This document shows, one piece after another, positions 21,463 to 34,196 of a DNA stretch of 64,000 nucleotides (position 1 is its first letter; each line of letters begins with the position of its first letter). The notes beneath the pieces were generated by a model. That model did not search any database. It was given only the letters and a program-made list of their open reading frames with translations, and had not been told where the DNA came from. Made by a program: the position numbers and the translations under genes. The stretch comes from Klebsormidium nitens (taxonomy: Eukaryota > Plantae > Klebsormidiophyceae): assembly GCA_000708835.1 (NCBI GenBank), contig DF237450.1:1-64000 (forward strand), given 5' to 3'.

Positions 21463-24400
21463 TCAAATCGCTGGTTGCATAGTTGCCAGCTTTCGCAGTT
21501 CGCTTATCATGTCCTTCACCGAGGGGCTCGTCTTAGCCTGCATTAGTTTGTCTATTTTCTTCTCGCTCACAGAGGCTGAGCGGACTCTGACGGAGCCTGC
21601 TTCCGGAAGCGAGGGGGCTGGCTTCCTACTTTGACGTTGTACGATCGGTGCGGTTGCGCTACTGATTTTCCTGCTTTTTTCGTCGCTTTGACGGCTAACG
21701 CTTCTTAGCCGCTGAGTGCCTGACCCGTCTTTCCGTTCTAGACCTACGTGACTGTCCGTTACCAAACTCCCGACTGGTCCTGCGTCACGATTCCCGCTTT
21801 GACTTAACCAATCGCTAACCTTCTCCTCCGCTGCGGACTCTGAACCTTCCGCTGAAGGGAGCCCTCCAGAGCTCTCAACCCGGCTTCTTCCAACCATACG
21901 CTCTGGTTGCAGTGTAACCGAAGACTTTCTAGCCGTTTCAACTTCATCAACAGCCCAGCTTGTCGCACTGTTCCTTGTCCTGACCCGCGGACTTTCCATA
22001 CCCTGAACAGCCGCAATCCCATCTGTAAGTTTCCGAGAATGCGAGTACTCTCGCCTACTCTCCACCTTTTCCGCCATACCTTTACTCAGTGACCGATCCC
22101 TCCCCTCGTTCTCTTCCCCCAATCTCCTACTCTTGATTAAATCATTCCGTCCGTTGACCCTACTTTCCGCTGGCCGACTGCCTCCCTCCCTGTCTCCGGG
22201 CTTACCACCCAGTGCGTTCCCGTCATCGAGCGTCTTTACACCAGCGGCGCTCTCCTGCGCAGGGCCGGTGTCAATAAGCTCCGCCAGCTGCTCCTCCGCA
22301 GCCGAGCGCACCGCTTGCAGCTCGCTGCGTGCGCGCGCCCACGACGCGCGGTCAGTGCGCTCCGCAACCTCCCGCTCAATGGCGCTCTGCACGGGATCAG
22401 GTCGGAGATGAATATCGGATTCAGGTTATTGAACTGACCACCCGAGGACGGGTGGGATTAGCCTGGGGGCTTAGAGCGAGTCCGAGTGCGGAGCAGGTGA
22501 AGAGTTGGGCCAACTCTGCATTGTTGGTTGGGAGCTCGTTGTTCCTGACGCTTAGGAGTCCTAACATCGACCGTCACCGGTCGAAGTGCGCTGGTTACTT
22601 GGGTACTTGGCTGCCAGATAGCGATCTGCACGGCAACCATTCGGAGTGCGGCGATGGAATCCGGATGCGAGGGCAGATGCGCGAGTGGCAGCCTTCTTTT
22701 CTTTACTTTGTAAGACGTGATCGGGTTTGCAGTTTCACGGCGAACCAAAAACGATGATGTGCGAGGAAAGTCGTGTGCAGCCTTGGAGGCAGAAATGTTC
22801 GTCAGAGTTGGTCCCCTGCCGAGATAGGTATCTCTTTTCAGATTTCAAAGGAACTTTGGACAGCGTCGGTGCGTGCAGGTGCAACGCCTAACTGCTATAG
22901 ACCTATACGGTAGTTTAGGTAGGGTAGTCCTAGGTAGGATATGGCCATGAACCGGCAAACGGGTGGGGTTAGTCTGGGGGTTAGGGTGGGTACGGGTGCG
23001 GAGCGAGTGTATTTGTCGGTTCAGGTTTTTAGATTTGTTTTCCCCCGGGGACTTTTACTATCCTACCTAAACTATAGGAATACTTAACTGCTGCTGCATG
23101 CGGCAAGAGCGCGATGAAGTAAGACCCTTGAAAACCGTCGATCCGATACCTGAAAGTTGAAACCATCGAAACCCGCAAGCAACCGTAGTCTCGACCCGTC
23201 AACCCATCTGCAGCTCGCGTCGGAGTGTCCTTTCGTGCTCGAGCAAAAACCTTCAAGATCAAACTACAAAATCCTTAGTTTAACCCTCGCCGTACTAACA
23301 ACCCATCGACCCACCTGCAGCTCCCGCCGGAGCGTCAGCGCGTGCTCGCGTGACGCCAGCAACTGCCGCTGCATGTCCTGCGACTTTCCCGTCAGCTCCT
23401 CGCACAGATCGCTCTGCCGCCGCAACCATTGCTGCGACAGCGCCGCCTCGCGTTTCGCCGCCGCCGCTTCGCTTTGCACTGCGGACAGCGCTTTCTGTGA
23501 CTCGCGCTCAGACGGGCCGTCGTGAGAAATGCTGCAAATGCAAAAAACAGGTGGTGTCAGAGGGCCATCTTGATTACTTTGTAGATGAGAGATGCTTGGA
23601 TCTGGTTGTCCTGGGTTTCGGTTTCCAGGCAAGGGGAGTTCCGGGGTCTTGAGTACGCTATTCCCAGCATTTCGCAGCTGTATACCTTGCGGTTTGGTAT
23701 GGAAATAGAAGCCGATCCCCAAGCGTTGTCAATCGTCTTCACTCCAAAGGCCAGACATGCCTTCTCTGACATGAAGCACTGCGTGTTACATGCTGAGCTT
23801 TGCTCTGCACTCGCATGATAGAGACACACGCCAAAACTCAAACCGCAGCAAACCGCAGCGCTCACTGTTTCCGTGCGGTCGCCGCCTTTTGCTCCAACCG
23901 CCTTGCCACGTCAGCACGCTCGTCGACATCGCGCTTCGCAGCAAGCGTGGCTTTCTCAGCATCTCGAAGACTCTCCACGAGGGCTTCGTAATCCTCCTGG
24001 AGCAATTGAACGGTTTGACGACGTCAGGAGAGAATCTTGATGACATCAGATCAGAAAGTATCTAAGCCACGCACTGGGCTTGAGAGCTTACGATGCCTTT
24101 GGCAGTTGCCTCGGGTAGCGACAGCAAGTGAACACTGCTTCGCAATGGGCGTCAGAAGAAACCGCAAAGTCTCCCCAGGGTTGCTGTCTTTGAGACTGCT
24201 CCTAAAATAGCCAATTACAACGCTAGCCGGCACTCTGAGCTGTTAATGTCGCGCCCTTGGGTTTCAAGTATGCGAAATAAAACAATCCCAACAAGTACGT
24301 TAGTCCCCATACACCAGAATTTCCAGAAGAAGCCTCGAAAGGCTTTTCATGCGATTGTCATGAAGCGTTTCCAGTCATTTGCGACCCAAACCCCGAAACA

Positions 24401-27400
24401 TGAAAAGCGTCCGGCCCCACCCCGGGAAATTTATAAACATGAACCGGGGGCCCTTATCTCCCCTCCGTTCACTAAAGCTTGAACTTGCATTTCGTGATTC
24501 CATGAACCCAAAAACACCCTTCCCACTTATTTTCAAACTCCTCTCACCTGCAGCCGCTTGTGGTGCGCCTCCTGCGCCGCGGCCGATTCGCGCAGCCGCG
24601 CCAGCTGCTGCCGCTCTTTCGCCAACTCCAGGGTCAAGCGGTCCGTTGCCAGGATCTTGCCGTGCACCGCCTCGCGGGCGTCCGACAGCTGCGTCCGCAA
24701 GTGGCTTGCCACCTGTCCGAAAATGAAGGGCGTTACGATGCTGACTTTTCACAAGGGCCAAACCATTTGTTTGTGCCCGCCGACTTTGTGCGAGTATTCT
24801 GTCCTGCACCGCCTTGCGGGCGTCCAACAGCTGCGTCCGCACTGGCTCGCCACCTGTCCAAAGAACGAAGGGCGTTACGATCCTGACTTTCCAAAGGGGC
24901 CAAACTGTCTGTTTTCGCTGCCGGTTTTGTGCGAGGATTCTTCCCCGCACCGCCTCGCGGGTGTCCGCAACTGGTTCGCCACCTGTCCGAAAACGAACGG
25001 CATCGTCACCGGTGCACAAAAGCTGACTTGCTTGCCTAATTTATGAGAGGCGGACGTACGACAGCTTGCGTCGGCAGCTTGGTGGCCACCTGTTGGAACC
25101 AGCAGCAATGACGGAACAGCTCCGGCGGACTTTCCTTGATAAGGATCATGAGTCACAAGTTTTAAACTTTCTTCCTCGGTAAGACCTTGTGGGTTTCATT
25201 ACGATCCCCCCTCTCTGTCCTCGCATCCTTTCATGGCAGTTCCCTTACGCGCATTTGCCGGTCTCCCATTTGTCTGGCAGTACTGTCCCCCGTCGTTACG
25301 CCGTTCTCGATCCTCCCATTGCCCCTCCAATCGACCACCCCTCAATGCCCTGACGTCACGCACCTTGATCTGTGACGTCAGCTCCCGGCCCACCTCCGCC
25401 CGCTCCCGCACAACGCCCTCCGCCTCGGCCCTCATCCGCTTCAGCTCGTCCACGATCCGCCGGTGCTCTTCCAGCGGAACGGAACGGCTCAGGTCCGCTT
25501 GGAGCTGCCGCTCTCTTTCCTCCATATAAGCGATCAGCTCGCCATACTTGCGCGCCTCCGTTTCCCATAAGCGAGCGGCGGCGTGTTCTTTGGCGGTACT
25601 TGCGCCAGCAGCGTGCAAGGCCTGCGGGGAGAAGACTCAAGTGCGTTTCAGCTTTTCTTGCACATCAAAAATTGACGTTGAAGTGGTTTCGTGATCCAAC
25701 ATAAAACGGCAGCCAACAAAGCAAAACCGTTGCGTGAAAGGAGAGAGTGTTGATAATTCCTCCACCTTTCGTTTCAACGAAACGGCTGACTTCCGGGTTG
25801 TTCGTCGGCGAGTCTATCAAAAAGTGGAATCTTACCACTTACGCTTTCAATAATGCTGGGACACAGCTTGAAGGAGCTCAACTTCACGAGAGGAAGTAGT
25901 AGCTCAAGTGAAGAATCGCTGCAGGCCGTCAAAACACTCCCATGCGCTACAGTCGATACAAAAGCACGACGCTAGAACCTTAGCAAACGAGCCAGCAAAA
26001 GCCAGTGATAGGGTCGCTACTGCTCATAAGCGATGCGCTACTAAAATCAAGTAACAGTCCAAGCGAAGCCACACCTTGAACACCAGACTTTGCATTTTTT
26101 GGCTTCGGTGAGAGTGCCGTCCCCTACTTTGCGCCAAAAAAAGAGCCCAAGTTATATTGCTCAGATATTGCATTTCTTCGAGGAGCCGCCCGTTCACCTT
26201 TATCAAGTTGCTGTGCTCCGTCCGTTCGCTGTCCACGTGGCGTGTGATCCGCTCCACCAGCGTCCGGAAGCTGTCCGCTGAAGCTTTGGACCGTCCTGGG
26301 AGTGACCGAGGGACCGGAGGAGGGGAAGTCTGCCGCGAGCTGGGAGGGAAAGGGAGAGTAATTGAGTAGTTGCAATGCGCGTCCTGTTATGCGCGGGTCT
26401 ACGGAGCAAGTAATGGCCAGGAAACGCAGGAGTCGCACAGAGAAGAAGACACCTTCTTCCGAGCCATTGTTGCCAATTTCCCTTGACTTCTTGTAGATGA
26501 ACAATATGTGGCAATCGACGGTATTGTTCATGGCGTCTTCTGCGGTGAGGCTTCAGCGACCGAAACGGTGCGAAGCTCCCGCTAAAGGAACATTTTGCGT
26601 CAGCACCCCCTTTCATAAGCAAGAAATCAAGCTCGGCTGAAGAAGAGCCTTCGGAAAGGGAGCAAGCAATTTGTAGTTGCATCAGGGGCCTCGCAGCCTT
26701 CTCCAGTTTCGACTTGAAACAAAATTTGACTTCGAGTTCGGGAGTCCTGGAGTCCCAGCAAAGACGGAAACAGTGCCTGAAAAGGGAAAAAGAAAGAAAC
26801 TAGAGTGAGGCCAAAATGGATTCGACGGACCTCTTCTGCGCCGTGTCCAGCAGTTTCACCACCGCCTCCGCCTCCTCCCTCGCACTGCACCCCGCCCCTG
26901 CCCCCGCGACGGCCATCATCATCTCGCGGTCCAACCGCACGCTGCCACGTGGCAGCAGCGGGACGCTTTCCCGGCAGACCTTGGTTACCGTCTGGTTGAC
27001 GCTGAATCGCCCCAGCGAGAGCAGCCGCAAATGCGCGACGACCGCCCAAACCCCCGCCCGTAATCGCGCTTTTGGCGCCAAACCCTCCGCAAACCCGGTG
27101 TGGTTAAGTCCGTCTTTGTGGGCATTCACACCAGTCACCCCGTCCACATCAAAGTCCCCATTCACACCCCTAAACCCGTTTCGGCCATGACTCTTACCTC
27201 CACCGTAAACCCCTTTCTCGTCCCAATGGCTCTCAATTTGCACGCTCCCAAAACGCCCGTTTTCCCGCCTCTCCTCGTTCGCTTTTCCAAGCAGAGTTTC
27301 TTGTAATGTCGCGAAGGCGGTCTGCATCTGCTGTACTTGCAGTACGGAAGCCCGGAGCTGTGCGGACACGACGGCCTTGGCCCACCGGACGTCCGCCAGT

Positions 27401-30400
27401 TTTTGTCGGACAGGCGCAGCGTACCGGACGAGCAGTTGGACGGTGCCGAGCAGCTGGTGGGCGATTGCCCGGGACGACTCCAGTTCCTGGAAAAAGTGGA
27501 ACCGCAGGTTAAAAATTTAGGTTTAAGTTCAGAATTGGCCTAGACGGCCTTGGCCCACCGGACGTCCGCGAGCTTTTGTCGGACGGGCGCCGCGTAACGG
27601 ACGAGCAATTGACGGTGCCGAGTAGCTGGTTTGCGATTGCCCGAGACGACTCCAGCTCCTGGAAAAGCAAACCCACAGGTTAAAACTTTGGGTTGATTCA
27701 GATACGGGCTTCAACCGGACGCCCGGGAAAGTTTGCCGGACAGGCGCAGCATATCGGACGAGCAGTTGTATTGTGCCGAGCAGCTGGTGCGCGATTGTCC
27801 GGGACTCTAACTCCTGGACAGCCAAATCGTAGTCAAGTACTTCTGCTGCTTCAAAGGGTTGGGCTACGATGACGGTCGTGCTTAGTTTGCGACCGGGATT
27901 TGTAACTGTTTACTTCGTCCACCCGCTTTCTCATGGTCACATTCACCTTCCCCATAACCAAGGAATGTCACGCCCCAAACCTTCGCCATCTTTGCTTGTT
28001 GGGCTCTAGAAATCACAACCTGGCAAACGTACGGGTTCTTATCTCAGCAAGGTGGACGCCAAAGGATCGTCTTATGCTTGACAGGATGTCGAAAGTCGTG
28101 AAACTTGAGCTCAAAACCTTCCGAGATTTACCAGAACCTCAACCAAAACTCGACCTATCACAATCAAATCAGATGGAAACGTGAGACCTACCTCATTGCT
28201 GCCAACTTTGAATCGCTTCTGAGCTCTCAGAAAATCGGCTCCTTAATTTCTCACCTGCGTAACCTCTTCTTTCTCGTCTGCCGCTCGGGCCACCTCCCCC
28301 TCCCTCCTTTCCTCCCACTCCTTCTTCAAGCCCCGTAACTCGTCCCGGTGCCTCTCCCTCGCCATCTCCAACGCCGCCTTCGCTCTCGACAGGGCCTCCT
28401 CGCTAGTCTGCAGCCGCAGTCTGAGCTGTGCCTCGTTTTCGCGGGCCTTGTCAAGAGCCCGTTCCGCTTCCGCTTTGCAGTCCGACAGTTCAGCGGAATC
28501 CGATTGGAGTCGCCGGGCGAGGCGGACCAGGGTCGCGTGGGCGGCGCCCACAGACTCCGTTTGTTCCGCCAGGCTCACCTGAACGGAGCAAGCAAAGCGG
28601 AATGACAGGCCGGACAGAGATACAAGGCGAACAAAGAACCGCTGGTGCTGATCTGACTTTAGAGGATTACACTCTGAGCAACAGAGATATGGATCGGAAC
28701 ACCCAAATATTATAGGAGGGGCAGTCCCAATACTTCACTCCTTATACCCCGGTCTCACTAAAGAGCTGAACATAGCGCGCCAACAAACCAGCCTTCGTAA
28801 AAAGTGCGGACTCAAACACATCCGTTTTGTTTCGTCCCCTGCCCACAACACAGTCCCATACCTGGCCCTCGACCGAAACCCCGGACAAGATCAGAAACGA
28901 ACGCCGATTGTCACGAACTTCTGATCCCTTCACTAAAGACGTCAAACCAGCACCCCCAACGAGCACCCTTACTGATCATCCGAAACGTCATGACAACGTC
29001 AGCAATTCTCCGTACAGATTGCAGAGCCTTGCGCTTACCTGGAGCCCCGTCAAGCTTTCGGGTCGCCTAAAGCCCTCTTCCTCCGCGCCCCCGCCGGAAC
29101 GCAAGTCTTCTGGAACCCCCAAACCCTGCAGAGCCGCACAAGCGGCCGCGACGGCCTCGACGAGCGTCCTTTGCTGTCGCTCTAGTTGCGAGCAACGGCC
29201 GAGGAGCGCCGCGTTCCGTTCCTGCGCTTCTTTCCGTTCCGTTTCCCCGTCGGAGTTCCGGCGCTCGAGAACTTCCTGGGCTTTCTCGAGGAGAAGCTTA
29301 AGGTCCTTGGCAACTGTGGTGCTGACGAGGCGCTCTCTGCAGATCAAATTCAAATGTCAACAACATTAGAAGCTTGATGATCAATCTAATCTCAGCCACG
29401 GCGTGACATTCAGGACTCTCATCCGAGCCTCGTTCTTATGACCTGCCTGGAAAAGTCCTTCGGTTCCGATTGCTGACGCAGTTCCTTCGACTAAACATGA
29501 ATTACACTCGGCAGGCGATTCAATGAGCTATTATCTTTGAACTAGCTCATGAACGACCTGCTCAACAAGTGGCGCAAAACTGCAGAAGCTGCTTCAATAT
29601 ATCGCAATCATCCGTGTATCACGTTCGCCAATAGGAGGTCGTATGCAAGCAGCTCATTCCTCACAAGAGACCCCAAAAGGACGCAACACGGAGCCACAAT
29701 GGGAACGGCCCCTCAAAGCTACTTGGATTCCGCTGTGAAAGTTCTTGATATTGCTTTTTTAAAACGGGGTTTTCTTTTAGCATGCACAAAACGTGGTCAA
29801 TCTGGCGGTATCAACTCTCAAACCATGCACTCGACCCAGGTGCTCGGTCGGCCGAGCTCACCGTTCCACGTGCTCCAATCTCTGCCGCGCCGCCTCTAGT
29901 TCCTCCTCCAGCCTCCCCTCCCGCTCCCGCACTTCCCTAAGAGCGAGAACGGTCTTGCGAGCGGTGACGGCCAGCGTCGATAACGCCATTCCCGCCGGTT
30001 CGGGAATTGGCGTTTCCGGGCCCTCGCCCAAAAGGCCTTGTTGGGCAGAGGGTTTGTAGGATGCAGACTGCGGCGAAGTGGCGTGAGAAAGTAGGTGGCG
30101 AAGATCCGAGGCCTCGTCCGCGACATGAGCGACAACGTGAAGTAGCCGCCGTTCGGCGGCGTCTCTGGGAAAGGAAAGAAAGCGGATCAACGGTGGGATT
30201 GTGCATGCAGGATGGTGTGAGGATTGTCTTTGCAACTTCGATTTTCGCGAGGCGAGGAGTGGTCGCTACTCGTTTCGAGCTTATCAACAAGAAGATTCAA
30301 AAAAGTGCGCCACGACTGTTGCTCTTTGAGAAGCTATGCAACGGAAGGAAATGCAAAAGTTCATCGTAAATGTACTTGGCGCGATGGACAGCTTCGTGAA

Positions 30401-33400
30401 TCTGCCAAAGCCCGTCAATCCAACCACGGTCGCATGCCTGCGCTAAAGACAAACGAGCACGAAACGAACCTCTCATTTTGACTGCCTAGACATAGCACCT
30501 TGGCGAGTGCAGGATACAGGCGCCAAAACGTTACGACATCGCCAGATTGTTCCCTCACGCACCCTTGTCCGTCTCTCTTACTGACCTGGCTGCCACAGCT
30601 TCAGTCGCATCACCCAATGCCGCCCTCGCCTCTTCTCTCGCCGTCTCTAGTTGCCCGTCCAACCGCTCAATCTCCTCCACAAACTCTCTCTCCACTTCCG
30701 GCGCTGCCCGCATCGCGTGCTCGTCTCTGAGATCCGCCAATTCACACTGCGTTCGGCGCAGGTCCTCCTCAAGGTGTGAAATGGCCCCAGCCTGGGCACG
30801 TGCGAGGTCGTCGGCGGACCGCTCGTGCTCTGTCAGCTGGCGCGCCGTGACGTCAGCAGCGTCGCGCGTGTGCGCAAGGTCTTGCTCGAGGGAGGTGAGG
30901 GTCCGGCGGAGGTCCAAGATGGTGACGTCAGCCTGTGGACGTGAGATGGAGTCAACATTTAGAGGGGCGGACGAATTCAAGGGTCAGTTTGCTCGGCTCG
31001 ACTGTGGCTTGCGTTTACAAAAGAGACGGGGCTGACAAGAAGTTATGTATGGGCCGGTACTTGCCTTTTCCTCAACGTAGCCCAGGTGGAATCAGCAGGT
31101 TTGCAGATTAATATCCATGCGTTATTTATTCCGTCACTGTTCGCTGAATGGAGCGCCTCAAAGCCCATGTTCAAGAAAGCGGAAATCAGACGTCTTGACA
31201 TCTTTCAGGACGTGAGAAGGTAGACGCTGGACGGTCAGATACATGGCGACCGACTTCGTCCTCCGCGACCTTGTTTCCGTTATATCCATCTCCGAGGATT
31301 CACGTTTGAACCCCCCGAACCTTCTTCTCGAGCTACGGAAATTGCGAACAATCTTGGGAAGACAGATAAGAACTCACTTCGACCAATCGCTCGTCTGCCT
31401 GCCGAATCACGCTCTCCCACTCCCCCTCCTTCTCCTCGAACCGCTCCCTCTGCGCCTCCCGCTCTAGTTCGGCCGTCCGTAATTGTTCTCGGACGCGCGC
31501 CAGCTCCATTCGGACGTCCGAAACCTCCCGGCCGCGGCCGGCCAGCTGCTCCGATTGCCGCGCGATCTCGGCCGTCGATTTTGCGAGCTGCGCCTTGAGG
31601 GCATCGACGGTGGCGGACAACTCTGCTTGGCGGTCCTGACTGCGAGCCTCCTTCTGCGGGAGCGAAGTTCGAGACTTAAGAGATGGCAGCAGCGGATTGG
31701 TAATCAAAATTGCGGTGCCTTCGGTTGGCACTCGCAATCTGATTCAAGCCTTCCCTACTCCCCACCGCCCCCTCGCACCCTGACTTTACTTCCTGCTGCA
31801 GTTTCCTCATGTCGCCTATACCTGTTAACGCACCCCGCTTTGACTTAGCGTGAACACGAATTAGTCTGTGAAAGTCCACTCGAACCCTGTTTCGTTCCCC
31901 AGTCTTACCGCCACTCGTGAATTGTCCTCTAACAGCGTCTGCTGCTACGGCGGCGATTTCTTTGTTCTTTCCAACCAGGGCACACCCGATCTCGGATTTC
32001 CAAACCAAGCCTCCCCCTTCTGGAAAACCCATCCCGCCAAGAAGGCCGACTCTGCGAGATACCTGGAAATTCAAAGTGTTCCGTTGACTCACCTCGACGG
32101 CTACCTTGAGTTCCGCCTCCAGCCGCCGCCGCTGCTCCTCCCGTTTCTCCGCATCCTCCCTCAACGCCGCCACGTGTCCCCCCATCTCGTCCATCTGCTC
32201 TTCCAACACGCGCTGCGCCGCCGCGGCCGCCGTCTCTTTCGCAGTGACCCTGTCTCGCAGCGTGTTCTCGGTGGTCGTGGAACGGTCGAGGAGCGACGCC
32301 TGCTCCCGGAGCTTTTTGCGGAGGGCCACCGTTTCGTCGTCGCGTTTCTGAGATGCAAGAGTGGATTTAGGAGGGAGGAGTCGAGCAATTCTGGTACTTT
32401 TGGCCGTGACCCTCTCTCGGTGGTTGTTCTCAGTGGTCGTGCGACATTTGAGAAGCGATGCCTGCTCACGGAGCTTCTTGCGAAGGGCTGCTGTCTCGTC
32501 GTCGCGTCTCCGAGATGTAAAACCGGGTTTCGGATTTCGAACTTCTTAGGATTCCAGACTCAGAATTGAAGAGTGTGCCAAACTTAATTCCCTTGCCGTG
32601 ATATTCTCTCGGACGTCTTCTTGGTAGTCGTGGAACGTTCGAGATGCGACGCCTGCTCGCGGAGCTTCTTGCGGAGGACTGCCGTCTCGTCGATGCGTTT
32701 CTGAATTTTAAGGACGTTTTCCGGGGTTTAGTATTCTAGAGATTCGGAGTCAGATCGAGGTCTCTGCCTATCTTCATTTTGTGCCATGACCCTTTCTCGG
32801 AGCGTGTTCTCCGTACCAGAGGAGCGATTGAGAGAGGACGCCTGCTCGCGGAGGGCCGCGGTTTCATCAATGCGATTCTAAAATGCAAAAGCGGACTTGG
32901 TAGACTTCAAAGGAAAGTACACTGTCAGGGTTCATTCCTTTCCGTGACCCTATCGCCTGCGTGCCCACTTTTCTTGCAAAGGGCCATTGTAGCCTCACTG
33001 CAGTTCTGAATGACGAGGCCGGTGAACATGTTAACAGCGGAGAAAAGAATGTGCAACGTACTCTCTTAAGCGACCTCAGTAGTTGCGGACCAATTCGGGA
33101 GCAACATGACATGACATCAGCGCTGACCTGGCACCTCTCCTCCAGCTTCTCCACGTGCTGCTTGAGGATCTCGAGCGCCTCCCGAGCCCGCCGCTGATCT
33201 GCCAGCTTCTTGTGCAGCGCGCGCACCTCCCCGTCCTTGGCGTCGATGTGTTCCTGGATCTTTAGAACCTAGGGAAAGAGGTGGGACTCACTCGTGTCAT
33301 GGTTGCTGGTGCGCATCTGATACGCTCCAAGAGTCGGAAAGTGCTGGGCACCTTAACAACTGCCTGACGTGCGTTCTACCGCACTGGAGGAAAGCGACCC

Positions 33401-34196
33401 GTCCATCAGCAGGGCCACTCCACTTCGTTAGTGTCGCGGGACCACAAGCGAGTAGATTAAGGTCTGTCCTTCCAAGAGAAAAGTGCGCCTCTCAATTCCT
33501 TATTTCAACAACAGCGCACAATGGGCCACCTTTTCAAGGGAAGGCTCCGCAGCTATGATGTTCCTCCGACGGAGTGCGCTTTGAATGTGGTGTAGGGACA
33601 ATTGAGTTGTGCCCATGCCTTCGATGATGGACCAGTGAGATCAGGGCCATAGCGTGCAGCTCAAAGTATTAGACTGGAAATATGGGACCAGAGAACCAGA
33701 TGTGGAGAACGAGCTGGGTTGAAGCCAAATGAGAGTCTACATTGAGCAATTGTGATGGTGGGAAGAATAAGATCATGGGCATTCGAAAGGGTAAACAGCG
33801 CCAAGGACCATGGCAGTTTCGAAGTTGACATCAGAGGGACTTAGCTCGAGTCCAGCGTCAGTTCTCTCAAAACAAATGAGAGCTTTGAGCAGCTACAAGA
33901 GGTGGTCTACAGCAAGGTTGTGCTGGCCAGCTGTCTTGTAAGAAGTTGAACTTCACCTCTGAAGCGAGCTGCCTTAGCAAGGCAACAGAGTCTTTGTCCG
34001 CCTCCATTCCATGCCGTTCCAGCCGCCGCGCCTCGCTGCTGAGCATCGCTGACCACGCGCTGATGTCAGCCACCCCAGCTCCCCATCCATTGAGTCTGGT
34101 GGTGTGCCCCCGCAGCAGTGCCCCTCCTGATGTCTCGGCAGCATTCTGAGTACTGAGTTCATCGTACCCCGATCCTTCTTCCAGGTGACGCTCCAT
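21463..34196 (-). CDS. Large coiled-coil protein (about 15 exons, roughly 1,500 aa), possibly CCDC171/PACT-motif-like
   Basis: Minus-strand exons 34196-33957, 33268-33128, 32347-32093, 31653-31378, 30932-30586, 30164-29862, 29336-29039, 28578-28255, 27486-26831, about 26300-26217, 25621-25364, 24712-24548, 23996-23866, 23531-23315, 22386-21463. All are E/A/L/R-rich heptad sequence bounded by GT-AG. Phases join except at the 26831 to about 26300 junction, which I could not resolve. The start codon may lie further upstream. Confidence 0.78.
22911..23074. mobile_element. Candidate MITE-like element in the last intron of the coiled-coil gene
   Basis: tagtttaggtagggtagt (22911-22928) and actatcctacctaaacta (23057-23074) are inverted repeats with 17/18 matches. 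Internal G-rich core. No clear target-site duplication identified. Confidence 0.4.
24640..25095 (-). repeat. Three upstream decayed copies of the acceptor and start of coiled-coil exon 24712-24548
   Basis: Forward motif gcgggcgtccgacagctgcgtccgcaagtggcttgccacctgtcc recurs, with the junction at 24712 (functional), 24853, 24982 and 25089. Confidence 0.88.
27350..27822 (-). repeat. Two upstream decayed copies (up to about 130 bp of exon) of the acceptor and start of coiled-coil exon 27486-26831
   Basis: acggccttggcccaccggacgtccg...gacgactccag(t/c)tcctgga at 27372-27490 recurs at 27545-27663 and, more diverged, at 27715-27820. Confidence 0.9.
32230..32885 (-). repeat. Three upstream decayed copies of the acceptor and start of coiled-coil exon 32347-32093
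   Basis: gtgaccct.tctcg...gtcgtggaacg...gacgcctgctc.cggagctt.ttgcg.aggg...tcgtcg..gcgt recurs at about 32245-32350, 32405-32515, 32597-32705 and 32785-32882. Confidence 0.88.

Noticed and set aside
26200-26830. Apparent phase mismatch in the coiled-coil gene, suggesting a pseudogene
   Set aside because: All other junctions join cleanly and exons are stop-free. An unrecognised small exon or alternative site is more likely than inactivation.
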